A stretch of 64,000 bases of DNA from Planctomycetota bacterium (GCA_965223265.1 OZ244999.1:4416001-4480000), one strand, 5' to 3'. Positions 39,807-50,855 are shown, numbered from the stretch's first letter. Notes: generated by a model from the sequence alone, not told the origin. Numbers and translations are program-made.

Positions 39807-40937
39807 TCAGACGAGGTTTCCCTGCACGAGAAGGTCGCGGCCGAGGCGTTTCACTTGCGGTTGTTCAAGCCAGGGGGTCTCCTCCAGCCGCGAGACGCCG
39901 GGGCCTCCAACCGCACTTGGCGCGCTCGTCCCACCTGCGATGCGCGGCGCGAGGTAAACCGCCGCCTCGTGCGCTGCCCCAGCAGCCAAGCACTCACCGA
40001 GAAGGGACGCACCTCCTTCGACAAGGACCTGGGAGATGCCAAGCGCGCCGATGCGAGAGAACAGCTCGGTCAACTCGAATTTGCCGCGGCGCACAGGTGC
40101 GACAAGGACCTCGACGCCTTGGGCCGACAGTCGCTGGCGACGACGAGCTGCGACCGCACGCGTCGTGACGTACCACCGCGCCCCGTACCCCGAGACGTCT
40201 GACTCGGCTTGCAGAAAACGCGACTTCCATGGCAGGCGACCACGGCGGTCCAAAACGAAGCGCGCCGGCGTGCGCCCGCGGGCGGGTCGTGGATCTAGCC
40301 GCGGATCGTCGAGAAGCGCTGTTTGCGTGCCGACGAGCACGGCATCGACGCGCCGTCTTAACCCGTGCGCATGCCTGCGGGCTTTGTCTCCCGTGATCCA
40401 TCGCGACTCACCTGCAGCCGTGGCGATCTTCCCGTCGAGCGTCATTGCCCATTTGAGAATCACCCATGGCGTCCCGGTCTCAACCCAGTGAAAGAACGGC
40501 CGATTGAGAGCCAGCGCATCGTCACGGCAGACACCGGCGACGACTTCGATGCCGTGGCGTCGCAGAAGGCGCGGACCGCGGCCGCGCGCGCGGGAAAATG
40601 GATCCGGCGCAGCGTAGATCACACGACGCACGCCGGCGGCGACCAAAGCGTCGGCACACGGCGGCGTCTTGCCATGATGGGCGCAGGGCTCGAGCGTAAT
40701 GTACACATCGCTGTGCCTGGCGTCACCGGCATCGCGCAGGGCTTCCACCTCGGCATGATCGCCACCGAAGCGTCGATGGTAGCCTTGTCCAACGATGCGG
40801 CCGCCGCGAACAACGACAGCACCGACCATCGGGTTTGGTGACACGGTCTCGAGGCCACGGCGAGCCAAACGCAACGCGAGACGCATGAACTCTTCATCGC
40901 GTGTCCGGAAAGCTGAGCTCTTCACTTGCTTTGGCAT
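39807..40937 (-). CDS. ribD: Riboflavin biosynthesis deaminase/reductase
   Basis: PNPMVGAV, HAE, TLEPCAHHGKTPPC, KWAMTLDGKIA and VEGG motifs. Confidence 0.97.
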   Translation of the reverse strand: MPKQVKSSAFRTRDEEFMRLALRLARRGLETVSPNPMVGAVVVRGGRIVGQGYHRRFGGDHAEVEALRDAGDARHSDVYITLEPCAHHGKTPPCADALVAAGVRRVIYAAPDPFSRARGRGPRLLRRHGIEVVAGVCRDDALALNRPFFHWVETGTPWVILKWAMTLDGKIATAAGESRWITGDKARRHAHGLRRRVDAVLVGTQTALLDDPRLDPRPARGRTPARFVLDRRGRLPWKSRFLQAESDVSGYGARWYVTTRAVAARRRQRLSAQGVEVLVAPVRRGKFELTELFSRIGALGISQVLVEGGASLLGECLAAGAAHEAAVYLAPRIAGGTSAPSAVGGPGVSRLEETPWLEQPQVKRLGRDLLVQGNLV

Positions 40938-41035
40938 CGATCCTCAGCGCTCGGCGCTGGCCACCATCCACCCCGTCGCGACGGAAACCCGCGGCAGATC
41001 TGAACGCGAAACGCACGATTCATTCCGCAGTCGTT

Positions 41036-42499
41036 TCACTCCGCCGGATCGACGCGTTCGCCGACCAAGACGACGTTGGTCGCCTCGCGGATGCGAACAT
41101 CGACCCGTTGACCGATCACGCCCTCGCTCTCAGAGCCCGGAAAAACGACGATTTGGTGGCGCCGGTTACGCCCACACAAGCGCGTTGGGTCAAGCTTACT
41201 CACGCCTTCGACCAACACCTCTTCGACGTGCCCTATTCGCTCCGCATAGATTTCGCGGGCGATGCGCTCGACTGTCTGCAGAAGGCGCTGATGGCGCTCC
41301 CGCTTGACTTCTTCTGGCACGTCGTCGCTCGCCGTCATTGCCGCGCGAGTGCCCGCCCGCTCGGAGTACTTAAAAGCAAACGCACCTTGAAAACGAATCT
41401 CCTCCGCAAGGCGGATCGTCGCGTCAAACTCCGCATCCGTTTCGCCGCAAAATCCAACGATGAAGTCGGTCGCAAGACCCAAATCCGGAATCTTTTCACG
41501 ACACTCGTCGATCACGCGGCGGTAGTGGTCGATTGTGTGGGTCCGCAGCATTCTTTTGAGGACAGCATCGTGGCCCGATTGAACAGGCAGGTGTAGGTAT
41601 CTCTTCACCTTGTCGAGGACCGCCATCGCCTCGATGAGCTCAGGAAACATGAAGCGGGGATGCGACGTAATGAAGCTAATGCGCTCCAACCCACGAATTT
41701 TTGCTAGCTCGTAGAGCACATGGTGCAGTCCGATCTGGCGACCCTTCGCCAGTCGCTTGCCGTACGAGTTGACCGTCTGCCCGAGAAGCGTGATCTCCCG
41801 CACTCCCTGGTCGACTAAAACACGAGCTTCCTCAACGATGTCACGCACTGGTCGGCTGACTTCCTTGCCGCGTGTCGTCGGCACGACACAAAACGTGCAC
41901 GCCTGATCACAGCCACGCATGACCGAAATGAAGGCTTGAAAAGGCGTCGGTCCAAGATTACGTCGGCGATGAAAGTGCGGCTCGACCTCGAGATCGAGAG
42001 CAGCCACCTGCGCGCCGGCGCGCGCCTTCGTGATGAGCTCTGGGAGGCGCAGAAACTCTCCTGGGCCACAAACGATGCCGACTTGCGGATAGCGCTTGAA
42101 GATCGTTTCGCGATGGTTCTGCGCACTGCAACCGAGCACGCCGATGACGACATCAGGGCGCCGCTCTTTCAACGGCCGGAGCGAACCGACCTTAGAGAAG
42201 ACGCGATTCTCAGCCTGTTCACGGATGGCGCACGTGTTGTAGAGAACAACTCCGGCATCTCGGACGTTACGTGTCAGGCGGTAGCCCTCGTCGTACAGGA
42301 CGCTCATCATGAGCTCCGCGTCCAGTTTGTTCATCTGGCAGCCGAACACCTCAAAGTAGACCCGTTTCTGGCGCGGCACGCCGGCGGCTTCAGCTTCGTC
42401 GACGTCGACGCCGTCCTCAGCGTGGAGGAAACTCGAGAGGTAGCTGCTGGCACCACGCGAAGGCGCGGTGGAAGGTTTGACAACGGGCAACGGCTGCAT
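41036..42499 (-). CDS. miaB: tRNA i6A37 methylthiotransferase
   Basis: FGCQMN, NTCAIRE, radical-SAM CDQACTFC, GQTVNSY motifs; C-terminal TRAM domain. Confidence 0.95.
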   Translation of the reverse strand: MQPLPVVKPSTAPSRGASSYLSSFLHAEDGVDVDEAEAAGVPRQKRVYFEVFGCQMNKLDAELMMSVLYDEGYRLTRNVRDAGVVLYNTCAIREQAENRVFSKVGSLRPLKERRPDVVIGVLGCSAQNHRETIFKRYPQVGIVCGPGEFLRLPELITKARAGAQVAALDLEVEPHFHRRRNLGPTPFQAFISVMRGCDQACTFCVVPTTRGKEVSRPVRDIVEEARVLVDQGVREITLLGQTVNSYGKRLAKGRQIGLHHVLYELAKIRGLERISFITSHPRFMFPELIEAMAVLDKVKRYLHLPVQSGHDAVLKRMLRTHTIDHYRRVIDECREKIPDLGLATDFIVGFCGETDAEFDATIRLAEEIRFQGAFAFKYSERAGTRAAMTASDDVPEEVKRERHQRLLQTVERIAREIYAERIGHVEEVLVEGVSKLDPTRLCGRNRRHQIVVFPGSESEGVIGQRVDVRIREATNVVLVGERVDPAE

Positions 42500-42525
42500 A
42501 GGTCCTCGTGGCGTTGAAAGGAACT

Positions 42526-42553
42526 ATGTTAAAGCGATGCGAAGAGGTGTCAA
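42526..42553 (-). promoter_or_regulatory. Putative sigma70 promoter of miaB-ribD
   Basis: On the minus strand, TTGACA-N16-TAACAT ends 26 nt before the miaB ATG. Confidence 0.6.
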
Positions 42554-42603
42554 GCTGGCGCGCCGAAGGCCGGGGAAGACAGATCTTGGCGACGCGGTTC
42601 GCG

Positions 42604-42628
42604 TGCCACCTGCCACCTGCCACCTGCC
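42604..42628. repeat. Heptamer tandem repeat (TGCCACC)x3.5
   Basis: Read directly; lies about 50 bp upstream of the miaB -35 box. Confidence 0.85.
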
Positions 42629-42763
42629 GAGGCACGTCGGAAGCCAAAGCCTGCCGTCTGGAGCCCCGGCTCACGTCCCTCGGTCTTGTCGGCTGGTGCC
42701 CGAGTCGAACGTCGACCGAGTCGACAAAGGTCAGGCGCGGAGGCCGTCGGGCACGCTCGGAGG

Positions 42764-44410
42764 TCAGGAGCGAAGAAACAAACGTGCGATGAGCACGCCG
42801 GCAAGCGCGAAGCCAAGAAGCCCCATAACGACCGGCAAACGGTCCGTCTTGAGATCACTGCCGGCGAGAAGAATGGCCGAGCTAATGGCCAAGCCGCAGA
42901 TCATCAGGGCAACCGGGACGCGGAGCGAAATCTGCTCGAGACGTCGTTCGACGCGGTCCATTTCACGCAGGTTCATTTGCAATTCCAGTTTCCCTTCGGC
43001 ACCTCGCCGCAGGATCTCTGCCAAGTTGGCCGGGTAGGAGCGAGCCGCACTCAAGATCTCCGCTGTCTCACCGCGTAAGTCACGAAGGACACGGTCCGGC
43101 GACCAACGACGGCGGAACATGTCGAGCGCATAGGGACGCACCGCAGAGACGACTTCCAGATGCGGTGCGCACAGGCGTAGGACGCTCTCGAGCAGCACGA
43201 GCGTTCTCCCCACTTGAACGTACTGCGTCGGAAGCGAGATCCCATTGCGCACAACAATCTCGAAAAGCGAGTTGAAGAGCTCGTCGACGTGGATCTCTGC
43301 AAGCTCGGTGCCGTAGAGAGGATCAAGAGTTTCCATGAGCTCAGCGGCCAATGTCCGGACGTCGATCTCATGCTGCAGCTTTCCTTGCTTCAACGCCCAG
43401 CGTGCGACGGCATCGTAGTTCCTGCGAACGAGCGCAATGATCAAGGTCAGCATATCGTCTGTCATCTGCGGCGTGCAGAGACCGACGTGGCCGAAGTCGA
43501 TGAGCCCGACGCGCCCGTCGGACATGAGGATGAAGTTTCCTGGGTGAGGATCTCCATGGTAGAACCCGTGCTCGAACACCTGTTTCAGCAGTGTGAGTGC
43601 TATTGCGGTCCCAATCTCGGCGCCGCGGACCGGGTCCAGCGGCGAGCTGCGCAGGGACGAGAGCCGGCGTCCTTCGAGGTACTCTACGGTGAGCACGCTG
43701 TCGCGCGATCGCTCCACGTCGACGCGCGGCACGTAGACGACCGAGTCGGAAGGCAACTGCTCGCGAGCGCGGACCAAGTGTCGACACTCGAAGTCGAAGT
43801 GCAGCTCCTGCGTGATGGCACGTTCAAATTGACGGACGATCCCCTCGGCGTCGATGAAGCTCAAGTCGCGCCACCCTGAGAGGAACTCCGCCAGCAGCCG
43901 AAGAACCCACAAGTCTTCCCGAATCAACTTTTCGATGCCGCGCCTCCGCACCTTCACCACGACCGACTCGCCGTCGCGCGTCCGCGCCAGGTGCACCTGG
44001 GCGATGGAGGCCGTCGCCAACGCCTTGGAGTCGATCTCAGCGAAGAACTCGTCGACCTTTCCACCAAAGGCCTCAGCGAGAGTTTTCTCGACTGCGGCAA
44101 ACGGCTCGGCGGCGACGTTGTCCTGGAGCTGGCTCAACTCAGCCACGTAGGCGGGAGGCACGAGATCCGGACGAGTGCTGAGCATCTGGCCAAACTTGAT
44201 GAACGTCGGCCCGAGCTCCTCGAGCGCCATACGCAGCCGTTCGGGCTGCTGGACCGTTTCGCGAGGTTCACGCTTGAGGAATTTGCGCAGTCGCGTCCGG
44301 ACAGGCGCCTGCAGCACGTCCGACACCTGGTGGAATCCGTGCTTGCCAAGGATGAGGGCGATATCCTTGATGCGCGGAATACTCCGGAGCGTCCTCAGCG
44401 AACGCAGCAT
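42764..44410 (-). CDS. ABC1/AarF/UbiB-family atypical kinase
   Basis: ELGPTFIKFGQ.LSTRPDL, LATASIAQVH, VVKV, HGDPHPGN and IDFG motifs; C-terminal TM pair. Confidence 0.92.
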   Translation of the reverse strand: MLRSLRTLRSIPRIKDIALILGKHGFHQVSDVLQAPVRTRLRKFLKREPRETVQQPERLRMALEELGPTFIKFGQMLSTRPDLVPPAYVAELSQLQDNVAAEPFAAVEKTLAEAFGGKVDEFFAEIDSKALATASIAQVHLARTRDGESVVVKVRRRGIEKLIREDLWVLRLLAEFLSGWRDLSFIDAEGIVRQFERAITQELHFDFECRHLVRAREQLPSDSVVYVPRVDVERSRDSVLTVEYLEGRRLSSLRSSPLDPVRGAEIGTAIALTLLKQVFEHGFYHGDPHPGNFILMSDGRVGLIDFGHVGLCTPQMTDDMLTLIIALVRRNYDAVARWALKQGKLQHEIDVRTLAAELMETLDPLYGTELAEIHVDELFNSLFEIVVRNGISLPTQYVQVGRTLVLLESVLRLCAPHLEVVSAVRPYALDMFRRRWSPDRVLRDLRGETAEILSAARSYPANLAEILRRGAEGKLELQMNLREMDRVERRLEQISLRVPVALMICGLAISSAILLAGSDLKTDRLPVVMGLLGFALAGVLIARLFLRS

Positions 44411-44419
44411 GAAACGGCG

Positions 44420-44752
44420 CTACCCTTCCGAACTTGGCTCGACGACGTCCGGCGCTTCAGCCGCAAGACGCTGCTCAAGCGCTGTGACCCTTTGCTCGAG
44501 GCGCTCCAGCTCCTGGCGCGCAGCGAACGGAGTCTTGCTGATCCAACGCTCAAGCTCGGACTGAATGCGTTCCGAGAACTCCCGACTCTCCTCTTCGCCC
44601 TTGGCGGCAAGGGTCTCAACAACCTTCGCGCCCTGATCCTTCGTCAGCTCCCCTCGCGAGACGAGATCATCGATCGACGTTTTGAGCTTTTCCTGGGCGA
44701 CGGAAAAGGCACCGAGACTCGCGTAGAGAGTTGTTCGCAGCGAATCGAGCAT
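44420..44752 (-). CDS. Phasin-like coiled-coil protein
   Basis: GGAGGT SD before ATG 44752; LYASLGA...EK....DDLV.RGEL pattern; C-terminal LEQRVTALE heptads; directly upstream of the ABC1 kinase. Confidence 0.75.
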   Translation of the reverse strand: MLDSLRTTLYASLGAFSVAQEKLKTSIDDLVSRGELTKDQGAKVVETLAAKGEEESREFSERIQSELERWISKTPFAARQELERLEQRVTALEQRLAAEAPDVVEPSSEG

Positions 44753-45086
44753 GATGTAATCACCTCCAAATGATAAGCGACGGGTAGAAAGCCGCATCTT
44801 CTTCTTCGGCCGTTGATCTCACTGTCCACACTCGGAGGCCGCTCTCGGAGACTGCTCCCGGAGATCACTCTCGCAAATCGCAGCGCCGCCTCGCGTGAGC
44901 ACTCAGCTACGGCGCCGGGGTGGAGCCTCGAAACGGCCCACTTTTCCTGCGCGCAACCCGGGACTTCTCTGTGGCGCCGCAAGGCAGTCCGTAACCCGGC
45001 TTCGTGTCGCAGCGTCCACCGATCGTTAGAACCGGGGCTGTCATGCAATCGAGCCGGACGCGGGACGTCTAGCCTCAGGGCGCTCT

Positions 45087-46112
45087 TCAAAGGGCTTCCA
45101 GACAGCGATTCAGTTTGTCGATCAGGTCAGGCAACGCTCCGGTAAACCGACAACCGGCGGCCTTTGCATGTCCACCACCACCGAACTCGCGAGCAATCGA
45201 TTCCACCTCAGCGTCGCCCGTCGCCCGCAAGCTCACTTTAAAGCTGTTCGGCTCAGTTTCAACCACGAGAGCGAAAATGCGGGCGCCACGAATCGATTTG
45301 AGCTGGTCGATCATGCCGTCGAGCTCAGCGAGGTCGAGACCGGCTCGTTCATTGAGGCGGATCACGGACCAAATGAAGTCGCCGTCGCGCTCAACGCGGA
45401 CATTACTCAATGAGACGCCGAGAACTCTCGCTCGCTCCGGCGACAAGTCGTGATAAATCTGGTCGTGGAGGGATTCAACATCCAGGCGATGGGCGGAAAG
45501 CCTCGCCGCGTCGGCGAGCGCCCACGGTCCCGTGTTCGAAAACCGGAACCAACCGGTGTCGGTCGCGATCGCAATCCAGAGAGCCTGTGCCATCGTATCG
45601 TCGAGTTCGATCTCGAGGCGGTCGAGCAGCGCCAAAACAAGCGACCCCGTCGCGGGAGCCTCCGGCACCACGAGCTCGTGGTCGTAGCGGCCCACCTCCT
45701 GTGTCCTGTGGTGATCGATACAGATGCGACGCGCCCCCGGCGCAAAGAACAGCGGCTCGAAGTCCCCGATGCGGCTCGGCTCGCTGGTGTCCAGGGCCAC
45801 GAACCAGTCGGTCGGTGCGAGCTTGGCCGCGAATTCATCGGGGTTGACCTGACTCATGACGCCGGGCGGCATGAGAGGCTCGTAGCGCTTCGGAATCTGC
45901 TGCGCGGTGACGGCGCGCGCCTCTTTGCCGAGCGAGCGGAGTCCGAGTGCCAACGCGACGGCCGAACCCAGGGCGTCACCGTCAGGACCGACGTGGGTCG
46001 CGATCACAAAGCTCTTCGACGCCGAAATTGCGGCGGCCATCTCATCGAGGATGTCGGCCGCAGGACGTCCAGAAAGCGAGTCGCGCGCTAGATCGATCGG
46101 GAGTGAGCTCAT
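45087..46112 (-). CDS. DHH/DHHA1 phosphoesterase (NrnA/Pde2-like)
   Basis: H..PDGDALGS, IDHH, TDTGWF and GGGGHAKAAG motifs; start taken as ATG 46112. Confidence 0.92.
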   Translation of the reverse strand: MSSLPIDLARDSLSGRPAADILDEMAAAISASKSFVIATHVGPDGDALGSAVALALGLRSLGKEARAVTAQQIPKRYEPLMPPGVMSQVNPDEFAAKLAPTDWFVALDTSEPSRIGDFEPLFFAPGARRICIDHHRTQEVGRYDHELVVPEAPATGSLVLALLDRLEIELDDTMAQALWIAIATDTGWFRFSNTGPWALADAARLSAHRLDVESLHDQIYHDLSPERARVLGVSLSNVRVERDGDFIWSVIRLNERAGLDLAELDGMIDQLKSIRGARIFALVVETEPNSFKVSLRATGDAEVESIAREFGGGGHAKAAGCRFTGALPDLIDKLNRCLEAL

Positions 46113-46690
46113 GGAACGGTAGGACACCCTATGGCCGCAACCGGAGCTGGCGCTGAACATCTGGGAAAATATTGACTAAACGCCATATTTTTATTTTGTT
46201 TCAAAACTATCTGGATGGGACGATCGCCTGAAAGAACCCAATCGCATTGAATAGCGCGCCATGAGTCCCCCGCTGCATCGTCACCCGCTGCATCGTCACC
46301 TGCCGTCCACGTCGGCAAGGCGGCAGATCGACAGGAGGGGCTGCGAATTTCGCCGCGACCACGGCGCAGACAGCCAACAAATGCCGGATCACCGATCCAA
46401 CTTCGGCACGCTCGCGGGTTGCGCTTGTACTCGCTTCTACGGAATCTCGTCAAGCCTGCCGCTCGGCGATTGTTTTTGACGACATGGAGTTGCTACGATC
46501 CAATATGTTATCTCCCCTTTTTGGCTTCTGGAAGCAACCGTGTTCGGTTGTTCTCAGCGAAATCCGCGCGGGATGCAAGACAGATGGTGGTGTTATGGTG
46601 GTCTCCGATTGTGCGGCTGGCAGAACCACACTGTCGACAGGTCCGGCTGGCGATGGCTGCCCGTCCATTCGGGAAGGGTCGTTTGCCGCG

Positions 46691-46750
46691 GCGACGTCAG
46701 GAACTGCGACGGGAGCGACGTCGGGAGCCAGTCACGGAGCCACTTACGGA
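46691..46750 (+). repeat. Five degenerate 12-nt units, each ending in GGA, directly upstream of the XRE gene
   Basis: GGA at 46700, 46712, 46724, 46736 and 46748. Confidence 0.75.
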
Positions 46751-46760
46751 GCGGGTCCTG

Positions 46761-47315
46761 ATGCAACCAGGTAGAAAGATTCTGAATCTACGCTGCGACA
46801 GAAAGATCTCTCAGCAAGATCTCGCCAAAGCCTGTGACATCACTCCGAGCGCCTTGTCAAAAATCGAAGCCGGCATCAACTCACCGCGTGCCAACATCAT
46901 TTGGAAGATCGCTCGCAACCTTGGAGTCACGGTCGAATACCTCCTCGATGAGGAGATGCCCTATCCATACCCAAGTCAGAACTACCAGGAAGGTGAGCTC
47001 AGCGTCGACGACGAGAACGCGCGACCGCGCGTCCGTATGGATGTCCGGCCACAGGAGAAGGCGTTCCTTGAGTCACTGCGCGGATCGCATTCGATCTGTC
47101 GCGAAATCGCCTATACCCTACCGCACGCGAATGTCGAGACGATTCGTCTGATCCACTTTTTGCTCAACCACTCGAGAATTAAGAACCCCAGCCATAAGTT
47201 TCTGAAGAACTTCGAGTTCTTGCTGACGAACGGCGACTTGCCAGGGAAAGCCGAGACGACGCCGGCCAAACCGCGAAAGAAGATCGCGAAGAAGAAATCT
47301 TCGAGTCGCCGTTAG
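46761..47315 (+). CDS. XRE-family HTH transcriptional regulator
   Basis: ISQQDLAKACDITPSALSKIEAG...IARNLGVTVEYLL; start reassigned to ATG 46761 with a GGAG SD; Lys-rich tail. Confidence 0.88.
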   Translation: MQPGRKILNLRCDRKISQQDLAKACDITPSALSKIEAGINSPRANIIWKIARNLGVTVEYLLDEEMPYPYPSQNYQEGELSVDDENARPRVRMDVRPQEKAFLESLRGSHSICREIAYTLPHANVETIRLIHFLLNHSRIKNPSHKFLKNFEFLLTNGDLPGKAETTPAKPRKKIAKKKSSSRR

Positions 47316-47414
47316 CCTGCATGCTCACGCGCCGCGGCCAGACAATGAAAGGCGAAAGACGAATGCGTTTGGGGCGTTCGCGTTGCACGCAATTGATCAG
47401 CCCTGTTGGACATC

Positions 47415-48287
47415 TCAGTTGAGCAGCGCGGCCATAGCCTCGCCGATCTTGTCGGGCGTCTCACTGATGCCGCATCCAGCCGCCGCCAGCGCCTTGACCT
47501 TCTCCGCCGCGGTCCCCTTACCGCCGGAGATGATCGCTCCGGCGTGCCCCATTCGCTTGCCGGGTGGGGCGCTCTGGCCGGCGATAAACGCAGCGACAGG
47601 CTTCGTGATCGAAGCCTCGATCAACTCTGCTGCTTCTTCCTCAGCGGTGCCACCAATCTCTCCAATCATGACGATCCCTCGCGTCTCAGAATCGGCCTCG
47701 AAGAGGCGCAGGGCGTCGACAAAGTTCGTGCCGACGATAGGATCTCCTCCGATTCCGATGCATGTCGATTGTCCCAGCCCGAGCGCAGAAAGTTGGAATA
47801 CCGCTTCGTAGGTGAGCGTGCCACTTCTGGAGACGACGCCAATGGAGCCGGGCTGGTGAATGTATCCCGGCATGATTCCAATCTTGCACTGGCCCGGAGT
47901 AATGATTCCCGGGCAATTCGGGCCAATCAGACGCGGGGCGTCCTCACCCTTGAGCACCTCCGTGACGACGGCCATGTCACGCGCCGGAATACCTTCCGTG
48001 ATGCACACAATCAGCGCTACACCGCTATCCGCAGCCTCCAGAATCGCGTCCGCGGCGAACGGCGGCGGCACGTAGATGACGCTGGCATTGCCGCCAGTCT
48101 CCTGGACGGCCTCTTCCATGGTATCGAAGACCGCAATGCCGTCGACGTCAGAGCCGCCGCGGCCAGGAGTCACACCGGCAACAACTTGCGTACCATACTC
48201 GACCGCCTGCCGGGTGTGAAACGTCCCCGTGCGTCCCGTGATCCCCTGAACGATGAGGCGCGTTTCCTGGTTGACCAGAATACTCAT
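47415..48287 (-). CDS. sucD: Succinyl-CoA synthetase alpha subunit
   Basis: [20 protein letters not shown] and RMGHAGAI motifs. Confidence 0.98.
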   Translation of the reverse strand: MSILVNQETRLIVQGITGRTGTFHTRQAVEYGTQVVAGVTPGRGGSDVDGIAVFDTMEEAVQETGGNASVIYVPPPFAADAILEAADSGVALIVCITEGIPARDMAVVTEVLKGEDAPRLIGPNCPGIITPGQCKIGIMPGYIHQPGSIGVVSRSGTLTYEAVFQLSALGLGQSTCIGIGGDPIVGTNFVDALRLFEADSETRGIVMIGEIGGTAEEEAAELIEASITKPVAAFIAGQSAPPGKRMGHAGAIISGGKGTAAEKVKALAAAGCGISETPDKIGEAMAALLN

Positions 48288-49450
48288 GAGTTTCCTCCGG
48301 CGGCGACGGCCTTGGCGGCAGCGTCAGACAGGCTCTTAGCGAGTGTGATCTCGAGGTTCGACTCACTGAGCAGTCGCATGCCTTCCTCGACTTTGGTCCC
48401 CTCAAGGCGAACGACAAGTGGTACGCTCAATCCAACCTTGGCGGCAGCCGCCACGATGCCCTCCGCGATGACATCGCACCGCATGATGCCACCGAATATG
48501 TTCACCAAAATGGCCTGGACGTCCTCATCGTCGAGGATGATTTTGAAGGCCTCGGTGACCTTTTCGGCGGTGGCACCGCCGCCGACGTCGAGAAAATTCG
48601 CCGGCCGACCGCCAACGTTTTGGATGATGTCGAGCGTTGCCATGGCGAGACCCGCTCCGTTGACCATACAGCCGATCGTTCCATCGAGTTTGATGTAGCT
48701 AAGGTCGAACTCTCGCGCGCGGACTTCCTGCGGGTCGTCTTCGTGCGGGTCCCAATAGCTTTGGATGTCCTTGTTTCGATAGAGCGCGTTGTCGTCGAAG
48801 CTGAACTTTGCGTCAAGCGCGACGATCTGGTCATCCCCGGTGAGTACGAGCGGGTTGATCTCGGCAAGCGAGGCGTCCGTCTCCAAAAAAGCACGCGCAA
48901 GATTCCCGAACACCGTCGCTGCGGAATTCAAGACTTTACCACTGAGCCCCAGTCGCCGGGCGACACGGCGCCCTTGAAACGGCTGTAGTCCCCGCGTCGT
49001 GGAAAACGGCTCTTTCAGAATCTTCTCGGGACTGCGAGCTGCGACCTCTTCGATTTCGACGCCTCCCTCCGAAGAGACCAGCAGCACCGGCTTGCTGACG
49101 GCTCGGTCGAGGACGATCCCGGCATAGAACTCTTGCGCGATGTCGCACCCAGCTTCGATCAGAACCTTGCGGACTTTTTGCCCCTCCGGCCCTGTCTGCT
49201 TGGTCACCAGCTGCATTCCCAGAATGTCTTCACTCGCCTGCAGCGCCTCTGACCTGCTGCGGCACACCTTCACGCCGCCGCCCTTGCCCCGGCCGCCGGC
49301 ATGGATCTGCGCTTTCACAACCCACACGTCGCCGCCCAGACTCTCGATCGCAGCGGCGGCGTCTGCAGCATCCGTAATCACCCGTCCCTCAAGCACGGGA
49401 ACACCGAAGCGCGCGAGAACTTCCTTCGCCTGAAACTCGTGGACTTTCAC
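48284..49450 (-). CDS. sucC: Succinyl-CoA synthetase beta subunit
   Basis: [29 protein letters not shown] and [10 protein letters not shown] motifs; ATGA overlap with sucD. Confidence 0.98.
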   Translation of the reverse strand: MKVHEFQAKEVLARFGVPVLEGRVITDAADAAAAIESLGGDVWVVKAQIHAGGRGKGGGVKVCRSRSEALQASEDILGMQLVTKQTGPEGQKVRKVLIEAGCDIAQEFYAGIVLDRAVSKPVLLVSSEGGVEIEEVAARSPEKILKEPFSTTRGLQPFQGRRVARRLGLSGKVLNSAATVFGNLARAFLETDASLAEINPLVLTGDDQIVALDAKFSFDDNALYRNKDIQSYWDPHEDDPQEVRAREFDLSYIKLDGTIGCMVNGAGLAMATLDIIQNVGGRPANFLDVGGGATAEKVTEAFKIILDDEDVQAILVNIFGGIMRCDVIAEGIVAAAAKVGLSVPLVVRLEGTKVEEGMRLLSESNLEITLAKSLSDAAAKAVAAGGNS

Positions 49451-50132
49451 CGTCGTGTCTCCATGACCGTTGTCGTCGATCCGACCCGGGAGATGTCGCT
49501 GGACGGAGAAACGGTCAACACCGCGTCGACGAAGTTACGGGCCGAAAAACCGACCCCCTGACGCCAGATCGGCGGCGGAGAGACCGGCTTCAGCTGTGCG
49601 CACTTCTGCGACGGGCTGCCAAGCAACACCGCTACCACGTTCGCTCGCGGTTGCCGCACGATAGTTCTGGTGAGGCGATCCAGCGATCGATCAGGTTATC
49701 AGACGACGAAAGCGCTCTGACCAGCCGTTTCCGGGACAAGGAAAGGCAAAATTATAAAAAAGTCGATAGACACAGCAAGGGGAAAAGAGCACCCGCAACG
49801 CATCTGGCGACGTCGCTCGCCTGCCCTGCCCGAGACGATGGCCCGAGTTTTTCATGAGTTTCCACGAAGATCCAGACAGCTCCACTCCTGCGCCGGCCTC
49901 AGGCGCGCGTCCGATGTTCGCGCCGGATCGAAGACTCGCGGAGCTCAGCCCGGTGCAAGTGCGTCCCCCTCCTGCCAAATCAACCCGTGCCGCCATGGCT
50001 GTGGCCAGAGCCTTCAGACATGCGCTGCCGCGTCAGAGAAAGCTTCTGCCTGAACACATCAACGCGACACATCAACGCGTGCAGAGCGATCGTGGTGCGC
50101 CACGATCTGCGGTCGCCTCTTGGAGATATCCA

Positions 50133-50855
50133 ATGAATTGGTCCAAGTCCCACTCAACGATGGAACATCTCAGACGCCTCTTGAGTCGCGTCAACCACAC
50201 GATCGGGTGCCTGACTCGGTGCTTTGTCGTTTCGGCACTTGTCGTGACGGCGGGCTGCGCGCACTACGCTGCACGCGGGCTTGACGATCTTCAGGGCGCG
50301 GGCGCCTCCGTGCAGCAACGAGAAGCAGACGGCCTCTACATCGCAGTGGAAGACCTGACCAACCCAAGGGAATCAGTGAAATACTTCGATCGCAGTCTGG
50401 TCGATCACGGATTCGCACCGGTCATCGTGCTTCTCGAAATGGACGTCAACTCGAAGGCTCGCTTCGACGTCAACAAGGATGACATGCGTCTCGTACTCAA
50501 TACCGGTGAACGACTTGAACCGGTCGAGCCGGACGCTGTCGCCGAAACAGTTGCGTACTCGTACTGGCGTTCAACTTTCGGCTTTCTGTTCCTGGTCCCA
50601 GGGTTTTTCGTCGTTTCATCAGTGAGCGACGCCAACGCGGAACTCCTTGACGATTACCAATCCAAAGCATTCAAGAACGTTCGCATTCACCCAAACTTTC
50701 GCTCTTTGAGCGGAGTCGTCTTCTTCAAGCTGCCACCGGAGAGCGCGCCGCTCGACATGCGAGACAGCTTCGTTGAGGTGAAGGTCTACAAACACGGCGA
50801 AGACGGCGCTCTCGGTGACGTTTTCGATCTCGCCGTACATTTCCACGACAGCTGA
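50133..50855 (+). CDS. Hypothetical lipoprotein with an internal hydrophobic hairpin
   Basis: GGAG SD before ATG 50133; lipobox-like TAGC; hydrophobic stretch STFGFLFLVPGFFVV. Confidence 0.65.
   Translation: MNWSKSHSTMEHLRRLLSRVNHTIGCLTRCFVVSALVVTAGCAHYAARGLDDLQGAGASVQQREADGLYIAVEDLTNPRESVKYFDRSLVDHGFAPVIVLLEMDVNSKARFDVNKDDMRLVLNTGERLEPVEPDAVAETVAYSYWRSTFGFLFLVPGFFVVSSVSDANAELLDDYQSKAFKNVRIHPNFRSLSGVVFFKLPPESAPLDMRDSFVEVKVYKHGEDGALGDVFDLAVHFHDS

Noticed and set aside
46269-46298. 15-bp exact duplication CCCGCTGCATCGTCA x2 (similarly the GLDAV x2 coding duplication at 38761-38790)
   Set aside because: Only two copies each; ordinary slippage duplications with no further evidence of function.
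49730-49790. c-di-GMP-I riboswitch (AAAGGCAAA...)
   Set aside because: The GAAA-loop stem and GACGCAAA that should follow are absent. It is more simply an AT-rich divergent promoter region.
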